DNA of 64,000 bases from an uncultured Gammaproteobacteria bacterium (GCA_913044135.1 CAJWOK010000004.1:1135-65134); one strand, 5' to 3'. Shown: positions 1 through 10,319, counted from the stretch's first letter. Notes: generated from the letters alone by a model not told the origin. Translations and numbers: made by a program.

Positions 1-273
1 CTTTAGTCTTATCAAGATGTCGGAAGCACTTGTCATCGCCACTTCCTCTAACTCGAGGCGATTCATGGCAACGTCAATATTGTCGTTATAGGTGCCCATC
101 CGGTTGACCGCCCGATCCAAGTCATCGATTTTGCCAATCACTGTCGTATCATCGCTCGGCCGCAGCACCGCTTTACCCGTCGCCAACTTCTCGTTCGCTT
201 CAGCAGCGCGCATCTGAGTCTCTTGCATATTCCTTACGGATTGCTCATAAAACTGTCGAGTTGAAATCTGCAT
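1..273 (-). CDS. flgL: Flagellar hook-associated protein FlgL (N-terminal part, runs off window)
   Basis: Manual translation from ATG at 273: MQISTRQFYEQSVRNMQETQMRAAEANEKLATGKAVLRPSDD...YNDNIDVAMNRLELEE, a typical FlgL N-terminus. Directly downstream of flgK; not in the ORF track. Confidence 0.9.
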   Translation of the reverse strand, partial: MQISTRQFYEQSVRNMQETQMRAAEANEKLATGKAVLRPSDDTTVIGKIDDLDRAVNRMGTYNDNIDVAMNRLELEEVAMTSASDILIRLK

Positions 274-292
274 AGTCTACTTAATTTATTTG

Positions 293-3200
293 TTAGATTC
301 GAATAATCGAATCGAAAATGGTGTTAGCGGTTTGGATCAACTTGGCCGAAGCCTGATAGGCCTGTTGAAACTTAACTAGGTTAGAGGCCTCTTCATCAAG
401 ATTTACCCCGGCTATACCCTCACGGGATTCAACCGCTTGATCATGTACCACAGCGAGCGCGTCCTTCGACAACTCTGCCTGTCTGGATGAACTGCCCATG
501 CGGTTTACAAGTCCCGCGAAAGATTCATGAAAAGTGGTTCCGTTAGCAAAGGTCACCAGTTCCTCTAACTCCGATAGTTTGAGAATATTGTCTGAATTAC
601 CCGTCGCGTCTGCATTACCGTCGATTAGAAAAACGTCTCCGGCAGCGGGCGTACCGAGTAAATTTAAAGCAACATTTTGATAGCTGATGGCATCGCCCGC
701 AGTAAACGCTCTTTCTGCTAGAACGGTACCGGAAGTTTGATCAACAATCTGATATCGGTCTGCATCAACAAACTCTACCGCGACTGGGTTTTCCCGCAGG
801 GTCTGCGCATTTGCTGCAGCTTCAATGTAGTCGGCACTCAGCTGTACTGTGCTGGCTTGCGGTGCCGTCGTGAAGACGATCAAGTCCTCCTGCAAAGCAC
901 CTGGTACGGAAAGCTCCGCTCTAAAACCAATAGCACTGAGATCGGTAAATCCACCATTTGGACCCAAAGTTAATGCAACTTCTGCATCGGTCGTATCGCC
1001 GTCTTCTCGAACGTGAGTGAGTTTAAGCTGCGCCTGATAGCTTCCTGCTATCGCTCCAGCAGCACCATCGGCTGGGCCTATTTCAATGGTCTGGCCCGGA
1101 TCCTGCGGATCACTCGAAAAGATCAGCGCACCATCAAAGTCCTGACGGGCAATAACGCCAGTATCTGCTGAGGCCTGGTTAATAGCATCGACCAATTCTG
1201 AATTGGACAAGATGGGTGCCTCAGCACTAATTTGAACGCCATTCAAAGTAAGCTCGCTACTTAACTCAGAAATTTCTGAAGGCGCGATTCTAACGCTGTT
1301 TTCAATAGTCGCTGAGAGATCTAGCGCCAGTTCTTCGATGTTGTCATTCAACCAGGTCTGCACCGTTTCAGGCGTTAAAGCCTCACCGGCAGCAAGGTTA
1401 AGTTCGGTTAAGGCGTATCCGTTCAGATTAATAGCACCTGCGCCAACTAAGGTAATCTCGTCACCATCATTATTCACAGTGGCCGGCACATGGCCGCTTA
1501 ACAACGACGCTTCACGAATCAGCGAACGAGTGCCGTCGTCTTCTATTCTAAACTGTGAACTACCCACCTGGCCGGCCCGAACCTCAAGATCCTTATAGGT
1601 AATCGGTTCGACAGTTTTGGTTTGTGCCATGAGGATATTGGGAGCCGGTCCTACCGCAATGGCATTGCTCTCGAATCCCGGTGCACCCTTGATAACGAGC
1701 TCATTGTCGTCATTGATCTCCGCTACGACATCGGTCTCACCTGTCTTGTCATTAATCAGGTCACGTAAATCAGCCATTGACGGCGCAGGGGTTCCCGTTG
1801 AAATCTCAATGCCGTTCAAAGTGAGTGCACCGGTACTAGTAGATAGATCTTGCAGTGGCACAACGAGTTCAGCGAACCCATCATTAAGATACTGGCTGCT
1901 ATAAGTGACGCCGGGCATAAATCCATTTACTTCATCCAGCATCAGGTCTTGTTGGGCATCATTTAGCGTTTGCCCAAATATATGGCGACCATCTCGCGTA
2001 AAAACCTGCAGCTCGGCGGATAACGTGTCGTCTTGCTGCATAAACATACTGAGATCTTCGGTGCCTGCAGGGACCACAAACTGCGGTGCTCTCGCCGTCG
2101 TTAAAAATGAAGCCGCGTTTTGCCGGTTGGCATTGCTGGCTAGTTGCTCCGATAGTCTCGTTTCATCCGCATATTCAGGTGATATTGCGTTCAGGTTGGC
2201 AGTAGCGGATCCTAAATTTGATGATGCTGCCGTCACTCGAAATAGTGAGGCCGCCGCGACTTCTCTGGCATCGTCGATTGCGACCTGCATAGAGGCAGCC
2301 GCGTCGGTTTCGAGGCGAATGCTTATTTGATCGCCGCCAAGTGCCTGGCCGGTCAACTCCATCCGGACGCCATCCACCGTTAATGTCTGAGGGTCGCCAT
2401 AGCCATATTGTTTGTTGCCCACACTGTCAACACCAAACCACTGACCTCTTGAACCATCAAACTGCAAATCGATCGTTTGGACTGAAGTGATGGTGCCGCT
2501 TTGCGACAAAACGGTTGCTCCTGCAGCGCCTCGGCTCGCCGAGTAGTCGATACTGACCTGAGGCTGTATTGAAAATAAATCGCCGCCTGCATTACCTAAT
2601 AAATTCATGCCGCTTGCATGAATGGCATTCACCTCGGTCGTTACTGCAAGCGCCAGTTCTTCCAGATTTGCGCTTGCCGGGGTAAGCACTCTATCTCGAA
2701 ACAACGCAAGTCCGCCGAGCTCACCACCAGTCAAGCGCGACAAGTTCATGGAACGGTCTGCGAAATTAAGAGAAAAATTCGCAACACCCAACTGTCCGTC
2801 GGTGTCACTAAGTCGTAGCGTGCCGTGCTCTCCGCCAGACACAAGTGTTTTGTTAGTAGCAGTCTCGCCGATATCAACCGTTACACTGCCGTTCTGCGCT
2901 GTGGTGACAAAAATGTCGGTCAAATCAGCGATTTGTCGAAGGAGGCTATCGCGGGTATCCAATAGGTCAGCGGGTTGACGGTCCAAGTCCTGCTTGGATC
3001 GCAGCTTAGTATTTACATACGCTAATTGCTCAGCAAATTCATTGATCGCACTGACCTTGCTCTCCATCGCGTCCTGGGTTTCAGAATTAAAACTATCGAT
3101 TTGCCCTGCTAACGCATTAAATCGTCCGGCAACCTGCCGAGCCGATTCAATCACCTGATCCCGCATCACTATAGAAGACGCGTCCGCGCCAAGACTATCG

Positions 3201-3550
3201 ACCTTATTGAAAAAATCCGCCATTGCGGGATTTAAAGAAGCTTGTTCAACACCAAACGCGTCGACCATGCGGCTGCTCAGATCGGCCAAGGTTTCCTGTG
3301 CCTTTAGATCACTGCCGCTACGTCGCACGGTGTCTTCTATGAGACCGTCATAAGCTCGGCGAACGCCCTCTGCAAGAGCACCAGTGCCAACCGAAAAACG
3401 ACCGATCGAGGCCGGTGTATTTTCGATATTGACCAGCTTTTGTTTGACATAGCCCTCAGTGTTCGCGTTAGCAATATTATTACTAACAACGTTGAGCGCG
3501 AGCTGGCTATTCCTAACCGCATTGGTACCGATAGTAAGTAAATCGCTCAT
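293..3550 (-). CDS. flgK: Flagellar hook-associated protein FlgK, greatly enlarged (1085 aa)
   Basis: N-terminal NNIANANTEGYVKQ and C-terminal GVNLDEEASNLVKFQQAYQASAKLIQTA motifs; position between flgJ and flgL. Confidence 0.95.
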   Translation of the reverse strand: MSDLLTIGTNAVRNSQLALNVVSNNIANANTEGYVKQKLVNIENTPASIGRFSVGTGALAEGVRRAYDGLIEDTVRRSGSDLKAQETLADLSSRMVDAFGVEQASLNPAMADFFNKVDSLGADASSIVMRDQVIESARQVAGRFNALAGQIDSFNSETQDAMESKVSAINEFAEQLAYVNTKLRSKQDLDRQPADLLDTRDSLLRQIADLTDIFVTTAQNGSVTVDIGETATNKTLVSGGEHGTLRLSDTDGQLGVANFSLNFADRSMNLSRLTGGELGGLALFRDRVLTPASANLEELALAVTTEVNAIHASGMNLLGNAGGDLFSIQPQVSIDYSASRGAAGATVLSQSGTITSVQTIDLQFDGSRGQWFGVDSVGNKQYGYGDPQTLTVDGVRMELTGQALGGDQISIRLETDAAASMQVAIDDAREVAAASLFRVTAASSNLGSATANLNAISPEYADETRLSEQLASNANRQNAASFLTTARAPQFVVPAGTEDLSMFMQQDDTLSAELQVFTRDGRHIFGQTLNDAQQDLMLDEVNGFMPGVTYSSQYLNDGFAELVVPLQDLSTSTGALTLNGIEISTGTPAPSMADLRDLINDKTGETDVVAEINDDNELVIKGAPGFESNAIAVGPAPNILMAQTKTVEPITYKDLEVRAGQVGSSQFRIEDDGTRSLIREASLLSGHVPATVNNDGDEITLVGAGAINLNGYALTELNLAAGEALTPETVQTWLNDNIEELALDLSATIENSVRIAPSEISELSSELTLNGVQISAEAPILSNSELVDAINQASADTGVIARQDFDGALIFSSDPQDPGQTIEIGPADGAAGAIAGSYQAQLKLTHVREDGDTTDAEVALTLGPNGGFTDLSAIGFRAELSVPGALQEDLIVFTTAPQASTVQLSADYIEAAANAQTLRENPVAVEFVDADRYQIVDQTSGTVLAERAFTAGDAISYQNVALNLLGTPAAGDVFLIDGNADATGNSDNILKLSELEELVTFANGTTFHESFAGLVNRMGSSSRQAELSKDALAVVHDQAVESREGIAGVNLDEEASNLVKFQQAYQASAKLIQTANTIFDSIIRI

Positions 3551-3993
3551 AGTTTGAGCTCCAAGCGAGGCAAATCAAGGGCTTTGGTGCCCGGCTGCAT
3601 AACCTCGTAGTTCTTAGCTTTGCGTGATAACGGTAACGATTCGTCAACAGGATTGAGCTGCCTTACTTTTGTGGGATCGGATTGTTCACGCCCATAAAAC
3701 TGTTCGAGCTGACGCTCTAGCGCGTCGGCAACGCCGAACCCACCAGACTTACTTAAATGCAGCGACAGTTCTTGGTCAAACATCGACTCGTATTGCTGCG
3801 ACGCATTCGAGTCCATTAGACCGGAACGCTCCGTCGCTTTGCGCATGGATTGCAGCATCATATTGACGAAGATCGACTCAAACTGTTGAGCGACCTCCTT
3901 TATCTTGCCTTTAGCGTCTTGCGCGGCGTCACTCTTTAGCTGAGCGAGCTCGGCAAAACCCAGAGCAGATGTTGTTGAATCGACAGTTTTCAT
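3547..3993 (-). CDS. flgJ: FlgJ rod-capping protein, rod-binding domain only (no muramidase domain)
   Basis: VAQQFESIFVNMMLQSMRKA...YESMFDQELSLHLS...G.G.AD motif; 148 aa; follows flgI. Confidence 0.9.
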   Translation of the reverse strand: MKTVDSTTSALGFAELAQLKSDAAQDAKGKIKEVAQQFESIFVNMMLQSMRKATERSGLMDSNASQQYESMFDQELSLHLSKSGGFGVADALERQLEQFYGREQSDPTKVRQLNPVDESLPLSRKAKNYEVMQPGTKALDLPRLELKL

Positions 3994-4001
3994 TTAACGG
4001 C

Positions 4002-5177
4002 TCAGATAACAACCAGTTCAGCGCGCAGACTGCCGGCGCTCTTCAATGCTTCAAGGATGGCAATCAGAGATGATGGGCTCGCGCCAACCTGATTGACGGC
4101 ATCAACAATGTCGCGCAGGTCAACACCTGGCTGAAACAGGAACATGGGTCGGGCTTCTTCTTCCACCTGAATTTCGGCGTTCTGTACGCCGACTGCTTCG
4201 CCTGCTACACCGGCTTCGCCTGCGGCAATTTCCACATTTGGCTGGACGACTTCGTTGGTAGCGGAAATGGTGACCGAAATAGCGCCCTGGGTTACCGCGG
4301 CGGCGGTGACGCGTACGCCACGGCTAATCACCACGGTGCCAGTACGTGAGTTCACGACTACCTTCGCTTTCGGTTCGCCGGGAATCACATCCAGATTTTC
4401 AATCATGCTTACAAACGAGACTCTCGACGCTGGATTCTCCGGTGCGAGCACCGCGACAGATCGTCCATCCAGAGCAGTAGCTGTACCTAAACCGAAATTA
4501 TCATTGATCGCTGACGTGATTGCCGTAACTGTGGTGAAGTCGGACTGGGTCGTGTTAAACACTAAATATTCAGAGTCATGAAAAGGGGTTTCCACTTCTC
4601 TCTCAACAATAGCGCCATTGGGTACACGACCCGCTGTCGGAACGCCAATGCTAACCTGGTTGCCCGCGGCCTGAGCATCCACCGCTGTCACGGTTAACGC
4701 ACCTTGCGCAAGCGCATAAATTTCTCCATCCGCACCGCGCAATTCGGTCAGCACCAAATTGCCACCGCGCAAACTAGATGCAAGACCAATTGTGGCAACA
4801 TTCACGTCAATACGTTGCCCAGGCTTGGTGAAAGGCGGCAATGTTGCTGTCACCAGGACGGAAGCCACGTTATCCAATTTGGTTTTGTCGTAAGCAAGAC
4901 TGGCAACACCGCGAGCATATAGGTCGTAATTGGAAATGGGGCCGTCGACTTCTACACCTAAGCGTTCCAGGGTGGCTTTGAGGCTTTGCGCGGTGAACGA
5001 AATTTTATCTCTGTCACCCGTGCCCTGAAGGCCAACCACTAAGCCGTAGCCTATGAGCTGGTTAGGTCGCGCGCCCGCCAATGTGGTGAGGTCTTTCACG
5101 CGATCCGCAAATGCTTCGCTGGTTATGATGGTCAGCACTACGAACAACGATAAATATAAAAATTTAATTTTCTTCAT
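4002..5177 (-). CDS. flgI: Flagellar P-ring protein FlgI
   Basis: RVKDL...RPNQLIGYGLVVGLQGTGD, SSLRGG.L, VVVNSRTGTVV, C-terminal AILEALKSAGSLRAEL. Start at 5177 (MKKIK) preferred over 5192. Confidence 0.97.
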   Translation of the reverse strand: MKKIKFLYLSLFVVLTIITSEAFADRVKDLTTLAGARPNQLIGYGLVVGLQGTGDRDKISFTAQSLKATLERLGVEVDGPISNYDLYARGVASLAYDKTKLDNVASVLVTATLPPFTKPGQRIDVNVATIGLASSLRGGNLVLTELRGADGEIYALAQGALTVTAVDAQAAGNQVSIGVPTAGRVPNGAIVEREVETPFHDSEYLVFNTTQSDFTTVTAITSAINDNFGLGTATALDGRSVAVLAPENPASRVSFVSMIENLDVIPGEPKAKVVVNSRTGTVVISRGVRVTAAAVTQGAISVTISATNEVVQPNVEIAAGEAGVAGEAVGVQNAEIQVEEEARPMFLFQPGVDLRDIVDAVNQVGASPSSLIAILEALKSAGSLRAELVVI

Positions 5178-5179
5178 GA

Positions 5180-5893
5180 CTAAAACGGCCATACCTTATT
5201 AAAGAATTGCGTGCCCCAGTTCACTTTAGAGAAGTCTGCTAGCTCGCCTGTGCCTTGATATGCAATCTGCGCGCCAGCAATCCGCGAGGACAACACTGTG
5301 TTGTCCGGCTGAATGTCTTTAACGGCGATCACACCCACTAAACTCACCGTCTCGCTGCCTTCGCTTAACGACAGGCGCTTCTGTCCTTTGATGACTAAGT
5401 TGTCATTAGGCAGTACTTGCGTAACCATTACAGAAATTGCCCCAGACAACGTGGCAGCTTGCCGTGCCGTGCCGGAGCCTTTGGATTCGACGGTCAGGTC
5501 TTCGAAGTCAGTGCCTTTTAAAACATCACGACCCTGGCGTTTCATCCAACTTCCGCTGGTCGCATTGAGGGGCGCTGCGATAAGCGACTGCAGATTTTTT
5601 AAAGGCATATTTCGGCCTTCCTTCGAGGCTTCGAGGCCGTTGCTGCGACGCGCTTGAGTCGACTCATCCAGGATGACTGTGACGAGATCACCGACGACAA
5701 ATTGACGCCTGTTGCCAAAAAGCCGACTCCCGGTACTGTCAGCGAAAATAGAACCCGTCGGGATTACCGCACCCATTGGTTGCTGCGGTACGACTGGATA
5801 GTAAGGGTCTACAACCGCCTGCTGCGGCGGCAACGTTGTCGCGCAGCCCACGCTTAGCCAAGACAAAACCATAAGAATGCTTATTTTTTTCAT
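5180..5893 (-). CDS. flgH: Flagellar L-ring lipoprotein FlgH
   Basis: Lipobox LSVGC, GSIF, VGDLVTVILDE, VTQVLPNDNLVIKGQK, DIQPDNTVLSSRIA. Confidence 0.97.
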   Translation of the reverse strand: MKKISILMVLSWLSVGCATTLPPQQAVVDPYYPVVPQQPMGAVIPTGSIFADSTGSRLFGNRRQFVVGDLVTVILDESTQARRSNGLEASKEGRNMPLKNLQSLIAAPLNATSGSWMKRQGRDVLKGTDFEDLTVESKGSGTARQAATLSGAISVMVTQVLPNDNLVIKGQKRLSLSEGSETVSLVGVIAVKDIQPDNTVLSSRIAGAQIAYQGTGELADFSKVNWGTQFFNKVWPF

Positions 5894-5935
5894 TTTTTAC
5901 CTGCAAATACCAAGTGAATAGCTTTGTTAACCGTT

Positions 5936-6721
5936 TTATAGGTTGTTGTTCAGGAATCGAAGCATCGAGTCGACAGCTGAGATGGCTTTCGAGTTAACTT
6001 CGTAAGCTCGCTGGGTCTCAATCATGGTCACCAGTTCTTCTACAACATTGACGTTTGACGCCTCCAACATGCCTTGTACCAAGTCGCCGGCTCCCTGTTC
6101 TCCAGGGACCAAAAGAATTGGCGCACCGCTTGAGGCGGTTTCCTTAAATTGGTTTTGGCCCATCGCTTCTAGACCAGCAGGGTTCAAGAACCGTGCCACC
6201 TGTAGCTGGCCAATTTCCTGATTACCACCACCGTTAGCAAGCTCAACGCTGACGATGCCATCGGTGCCGACCGTGACAGACGAGGCTTCCTGTGGAATCA
6301 CGATTTGCGGCTGTAACAGCAGACCAGCTGGATTAACGAGTTCACCTTCTGCGGACAATTTAAAACTGCCGTCTCGTGTATAGGACAACGTTCCATCGGC
6401 CTGCACGATTTGAAAGTAACCCGGACCTTGAATCGCTACGTCTAAAGCATTCTCCGTAGAAATCATGTTGCCCTGGGTCTGAATTTTTTCTGAAGCCACA
6501 ACGCGCGTACCGGTACCCAACATAAATCCGGTAGGTGCTTCTGAATCGGCACCGGTTTGCCCGCCAGATTGACGGATGTTGAGATAAAGCAAATCTTCGA
6601 ACACCGCGCGATCACGTTTAAATCCGACCGTGTTTACATTGGCCAGGTTGTTCGCAATGACCGTCATACGCGTTTGCTGCGCGTTGAGGCCGGTTTTCGC
6701 TACATAAAGTGAAGAGTCCAT
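5936..6721 (-). CDS. flgG: Flagellar distal rod protein FlgG
   Basis: SLYVAKTGLNAQQ...NNLANVNTVGFKRDRAVFEDLLY; LEASNVNVVEELVTMIETQRAYEVNSK. Confidence 0.98.
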   Translation of the reverse strand: MDSSLYVAKTGLNAQQTRMTVIANNLANVNTVGFKRDRAVFEDLLYLNIRQSGGQTGADSEAPTGFMLGTGTRVVASEKIQTQGNMISTENALDVAIQGPGYFQIVQADGTLSYTRDGSFKLSAEGELVNPAGLLLQPQIVIPQEASSVTVGTDGIVSVELANGGGNQEIGQLQVARFLNPAGLEAMGQNQFKETASSGAPILLVPGEQGAGDLVQGMLEASNVNVVEELVTMIETQRAYEVNSKAISAVDSMLRFLNNNL

Positions 6722-6737
6722 AATATTGCCTCCAAAA

Positions 6738-7484
6738 TTACGCCATTCGCATCAGCGTTGAGTTGGACTCGCCCAACTCGTCAAAGTCTTTAATCAGTTT
6801 GATTTTCATTTCGAAACTACGCATGTGATCCATGATTTCGACCATGGCCTCCATCGCGCTGACCGTGCTGCCTTCTACGATTCCAGTGGATATCGATACC
6901 GGCTCCGGACCCGGTTCGAAGTCTCCGGGTGGGAAACCTACCGCTCGGAACAACCCGTTTTCTTTCTTGGTTAACTCCACATTGCTCGCATCACGAAGCA
7001 TAATCCGGCCGATCTCTACCTGTTCCGCAACTTCCTGTTGCGGATCCAAAGCGTAGACAACACCTTCATCAGATATACTAATCGTTTGGTTAAGAGGTAC
7101 CTGAATGGGGTCCTCATTGTCAGCTGCTATGGTGTAGCCGGAGCCATTGACAAGAAACCCGTTACCATCGACGCGCAAATCGCCTCGACGTGTAAAGCCT
7201 ATTTCTTCGCCGTCATGGAGCACGCCCATTACCGCGTCATCGTTCATATAAAGATCGAGCGGGTTGCCAGTGAAAATCTTCGGCCCTGGTCGCAGTGAAA
7301 CTTTCGTTTCACCCAGCTGACTATCATCGGCCACTTCAGCCCCATCCTGTATGCTAGTTAGGGCATGTTCGTAAGAACGTTTAAAACCCAACGTCGAGAC
7401 GTTTGAGAGCTCGTGAAAAAGATGCGCTTCTCGTGCTCTTTCAATAGAAACATCAGCGGTAAGGGTAACAATGCTTTTATCCAT
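6738..7484 (-). CDS. flgF: Flagellar proximal rod protein FlgF (divergent)
   Basis: LSNVSTLGFK, TGNPLDL, FTRRGDLRVDGNG, VEGSTVSAMEAMVEIMDHMRSFEM; lies between flgE and flgG. Confidence 0.9.
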   Translation of the reverse strand: MDKSIVTLTADVSIERAREAHLFHELSNVSTLGFKRSYEHALTSIQDGAEVADDSQLGETKVSLRPGPKIFTGNPLDLYMNDDAVMGVLHDGEEIGFTRRGDLRVDGNGFLVNGSGYTIAADNEDPIQVPLNQTISISDEGVVYALDPQQEVAEQVEIGRIMLRDASNVELTKKENGLFRAVGFPPGDFEPGPEPVSISTGIVEGSTVSAMEAMVEIMDHMRSFEMKIKLIKDFDELGESNSTLMRMA

Positions 7485-7505
7485 CAGATTTCATCCAAAC
7501 TAGAA

Positions 7506-10319
7506 TTAAATATTCAATATGGTTGACGTTAATCCAGACGAAGTTTCTAGCGCTTTCGCATTCGCCTGGAAATTACGCTGCGCAGTAATCAACCCAACCA
7601 ATTCTGCGGTTAGATCAACGTTAGAACCTTCTAAAGCTCCGGATCGCAGCGAACCGAAATTCGACGAACCAGGTTCACCAATACTTGGCAGACCAGACTT
7701 AGCGGTTGCGACAAATGTGCTGTCGCCTAGTTGGTTCAAACCTTCCGTGCTGGGAAAGTTCGCAAGTAGGACTTTGCCGAGCGCATTTTGCGAGCCATTT
7801 GAGTAACTGGCCGTTACCAGACCATCATCTGAAATATCGAGACCTACCAGATCACCTTCGGCGACACCATTTTGAAATTGATTGCGCACAGAGAAAGGCT
7901 GCGCAAATTGTGTCGTGCCAGCATAGTTAACGGATAGATCAAGGGCTTGGCCTCCGGCCAGAAACACCGTCTCCATGGCTACACCTTCAGCCGGGGAAAG
8001 CAACTTACCGTTTTTATCGAAAGTAAGCTCACCCTTATCCAAAAACACCGGCGACCAAGCGGGCGCTTGCTCGAATCCGGCAGGATCAATGGTTTCCTCG
8101 CCAAACTGATCGATGTATTCAGGTATCTCTACGCCGTCAACCACACTGGTGGCTTGGGTAGGCTTGATCCAGGTTGTGGTTTCACCGCGGCCCGCCATAG
8201 CATTCGACATGCCCCAGGTGGAACTGCCGCGTACGCTTATAAACGCCTGATCACCAACATTACCTGTGGTAAAACTGAGGCTGTTGGTTTCCTGGTCGTA
8301 AGCAACCTGAACACCGGACACCTGGGCGCCATCGACTGATTCAAGTTGATTAATCTGACGCTCCAACTCACTAGTGAAGGTGTCCATAGTGTAATTTTCA
8401 CTGACCGGCAGGCTAATTGTTCCTTTAACGTCGTTTACATTCACCTCAAAGGTATTGTTGTCTGCGCCAACAGAGAAAACGCCCTCAACGTTGGTACCTA
8501 TTGGCCCTCCGCGGGTAACCGCCGGCAATGAATCAAGGCCTCGAACAGCGGCGTCGGAAGTCACAACATTCACTGCAGGATCTGCCTCAGTTACGGCAAA
8601 CCCTAGGAACGTCGCGGCGGCTGCATTGAAATTAGGGGCAGCCTCGGTACCGGTGTCAAAATTAAGTTCAATTTCTGAGCTATCGCCGGTGGTTCCGGAC
8701 GCGACCGAAAAAGTATTCGTCGCATTGTTATAGGTCACTGCGATACCGTAGCGTTGCTCATCCGCAGGACGACGCAACTCACCGTTGGCAATAACTACCG
8801 CCGGGTCGCCTGACGTATCCACCGAATAAAAACCATCCTCATCAACCGCGTTAGGTACGGCATCCAACTGGAACAAATCGTTGGTTTGACCGTTGCTGCC
8901 TTGTAATGACAGATCGGCAAGCGCACCTTCTACCTGATAAGTAAAGGATCGGGCGACCGCATCGTAACCAACCGTTACTGCTCCAGCGCCTAATTCAGCG
9001 TCGATCTGAGCCTGAATAGCAGCGACAATTTGGTCTTCGGTGGCTTCAGTCTGCGAAAGCAAATCGGGGAAGTCATCTGTTAAATCAATGGCGATTGTTG
9101 TTTCTGCATCACCATCGTTGTAAACCGCTTCGAAAGTACGGTTAGCCTCTGTCGATAAGTCAAAATAACGCTTGTCACCAAACTCGTCGTTCAGCTGACC
9201 TTCAATGAACTCGGCAATTTCGTTTCCTGTAAAGGCCTTATCCTGCTGCGCCAACGCCAGAAGATTCAGCATTACTGGATTGCCTGAGCCGTCTACATCT
9301 ATTGATGCGAATTCGGTTAAAGCCGCTTCATCAAAAGTGGGATTTTCGTCAGCTAAATCATTGAAGAAGTTAAATCCTTGCCCAAACCCGAGCTGGTTCG
9401 GCACAACCTGACCTTCCAGGGTGGCCGGTACGGAATCCCTAACGTCCGTCAAACCGTCTAAGGTGAATTTCTGGCTCTTTGCATTCACCAGCTCATTTTG
9501 TATCTCTGAAAATGGCTTCAACTCACCATATTGATTGATGTAAAGCGCTTCACCATCATTGTTTTCTGCGGGCTGTAGATCTGGAACAACCCGCTGACCA
9601 TCGATGAACATATAAGTCTGCCATTTGCTCGCAGGCTCATTCGCAGTCGGATTGTTGGTCGAGCCGCCGACAGTGTCCGCCGAGGCATTAGCAGTCTTTA
9701 CGTAATAAACGTTGGCCAAATAGGATTTGCCCGCCTGATCGTATACCGTGATTGCTGACGACTTATTATAGGTTGTTGCGTCGTTTATATTGAATGGCGC
9801 ATCAATCACTGCCGCATCAGCCGGTAAATTGAGCTCAAACCCAATGTCGGTTGTTTGATCAGCCTCACCGGTTGTTCGGGCAGGAATAGATAAGCCGATG
9901 AGTTCGTCGCCAACGGGTTTACCCACTGCATCCACCTGCGAAGCCATGAGTAGACGGCCTCCCGAGTCTACCACGCGTCCTTGCTGGTCCAGGGTAAACG
10001 CGCCACTGCGGGAATAGACGTCGGTATTGCCATCGGCAGATTTCATCGGAAAAAACCCGTCTCCGGAAATCGCCAGATCAAGCGTGTTAGAAGAAAATTC
10101 AATGCTACCTTGGCTGAACTGTTGGCGAATGCCGTTTAAGGCAACACCTTGTCCCACTACGGAGCTTTGCTTTTGAAGCGGGGACGTCGCGAAAATGTCG
10201 CCAAAGGAAGCTTTCGACTTTTTAAAGCCAGTCGTGCCGACATTAGCAATATTGTTACTAGATACAGACAACTCCGTATTCGCCGCTCGCAAGCCGGTTA
10301 ATGAAGTGAAAAATGACAT
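7506..10319 (-). CDS. flgE: Flagellar hook protein FlgE, greatly enlarged (937 aa)
   Basis: SLTGLRAA...SNNIANVGTTGFKKSKASFGD, LDLAISGDGFF, LEGSNVDLTAELVGLITAQRNFQANAK. Confidence 0.97.
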   Translation of the reverse strand: MSFFTSLTGLRAANTELSVSSNNIANVGTTGFKKSKASFGDIFATSPLQKQSSVVGQGVALNGIRQQFSQGSIEFSSNTLDLAISGDGFFPMKSADGNTDVYSRSGAFTLDQQGRVVDSGGRLLMASQVDAVGKPVGDELIGLSIPARTTGEADQTTDIGFELNLPADAAVIDAPFNINDATTYNKSSAITVYDQAGKSYLANVYYVKTANASADTVGGSTNNPTANEPASKWQTYMFIDGQRVVPDLQPAENNDGEALYINQYGELKPFSEIQNELVNAKSQKFTLDGLTDVRDSVPATLEGQVVPNQLGFGQGFNFFNDLADENPTFDEAALTEFASIDVDGSGNPVMLNLLALAQQDKAFTGNEIAEFIEGQLNDEFGDKRYFDLSTEANRTFEAVYNDGDAETTIAIDLTDDFPDLLSQTEATEDQIVAAIQAQIDAELGAGAVTVGYDAVARSFTYQVEGALADLSLQGSNGQTNDLFQLDAVPNAVDEDGFYSVDTSGDPAVVIANGELRRPADEQRYGIAVTYNNATNTFSVASGTTGDSSEIELNFDTGTEAAPNFNAAAATFLGFAVTEADPAVNVVTSDAAVRGLDSLPAVTRGGPIGTNVEGVFSVGADNNTFEVNVNDVKGTISLPVSENYTMDTFTSELERQINQLESVDGAQVSGVQVAYDQETNSLSFTTGNVGDQAFISVRGSSTWGMSNAMAGRGETTTWIKPTQATSVVDGVEIPEYIDQFGEETIDPAGFEQAPAWSPVFLDKGELTFDKNGKLLSPAEGVAMETVFLAGGQALDLSVNYAGTTQFAQPFSVRNQFQNGVAEGDLVGLDISDDGLVTASYSNGSQNALGKVLLANFPSTEGLNQLGDSTFVATAKSGLPSIGEPGSSNFGSLRSGALEGSNVDLTAELVGLITAQRNFQANAKALETSSGLTSTILNI

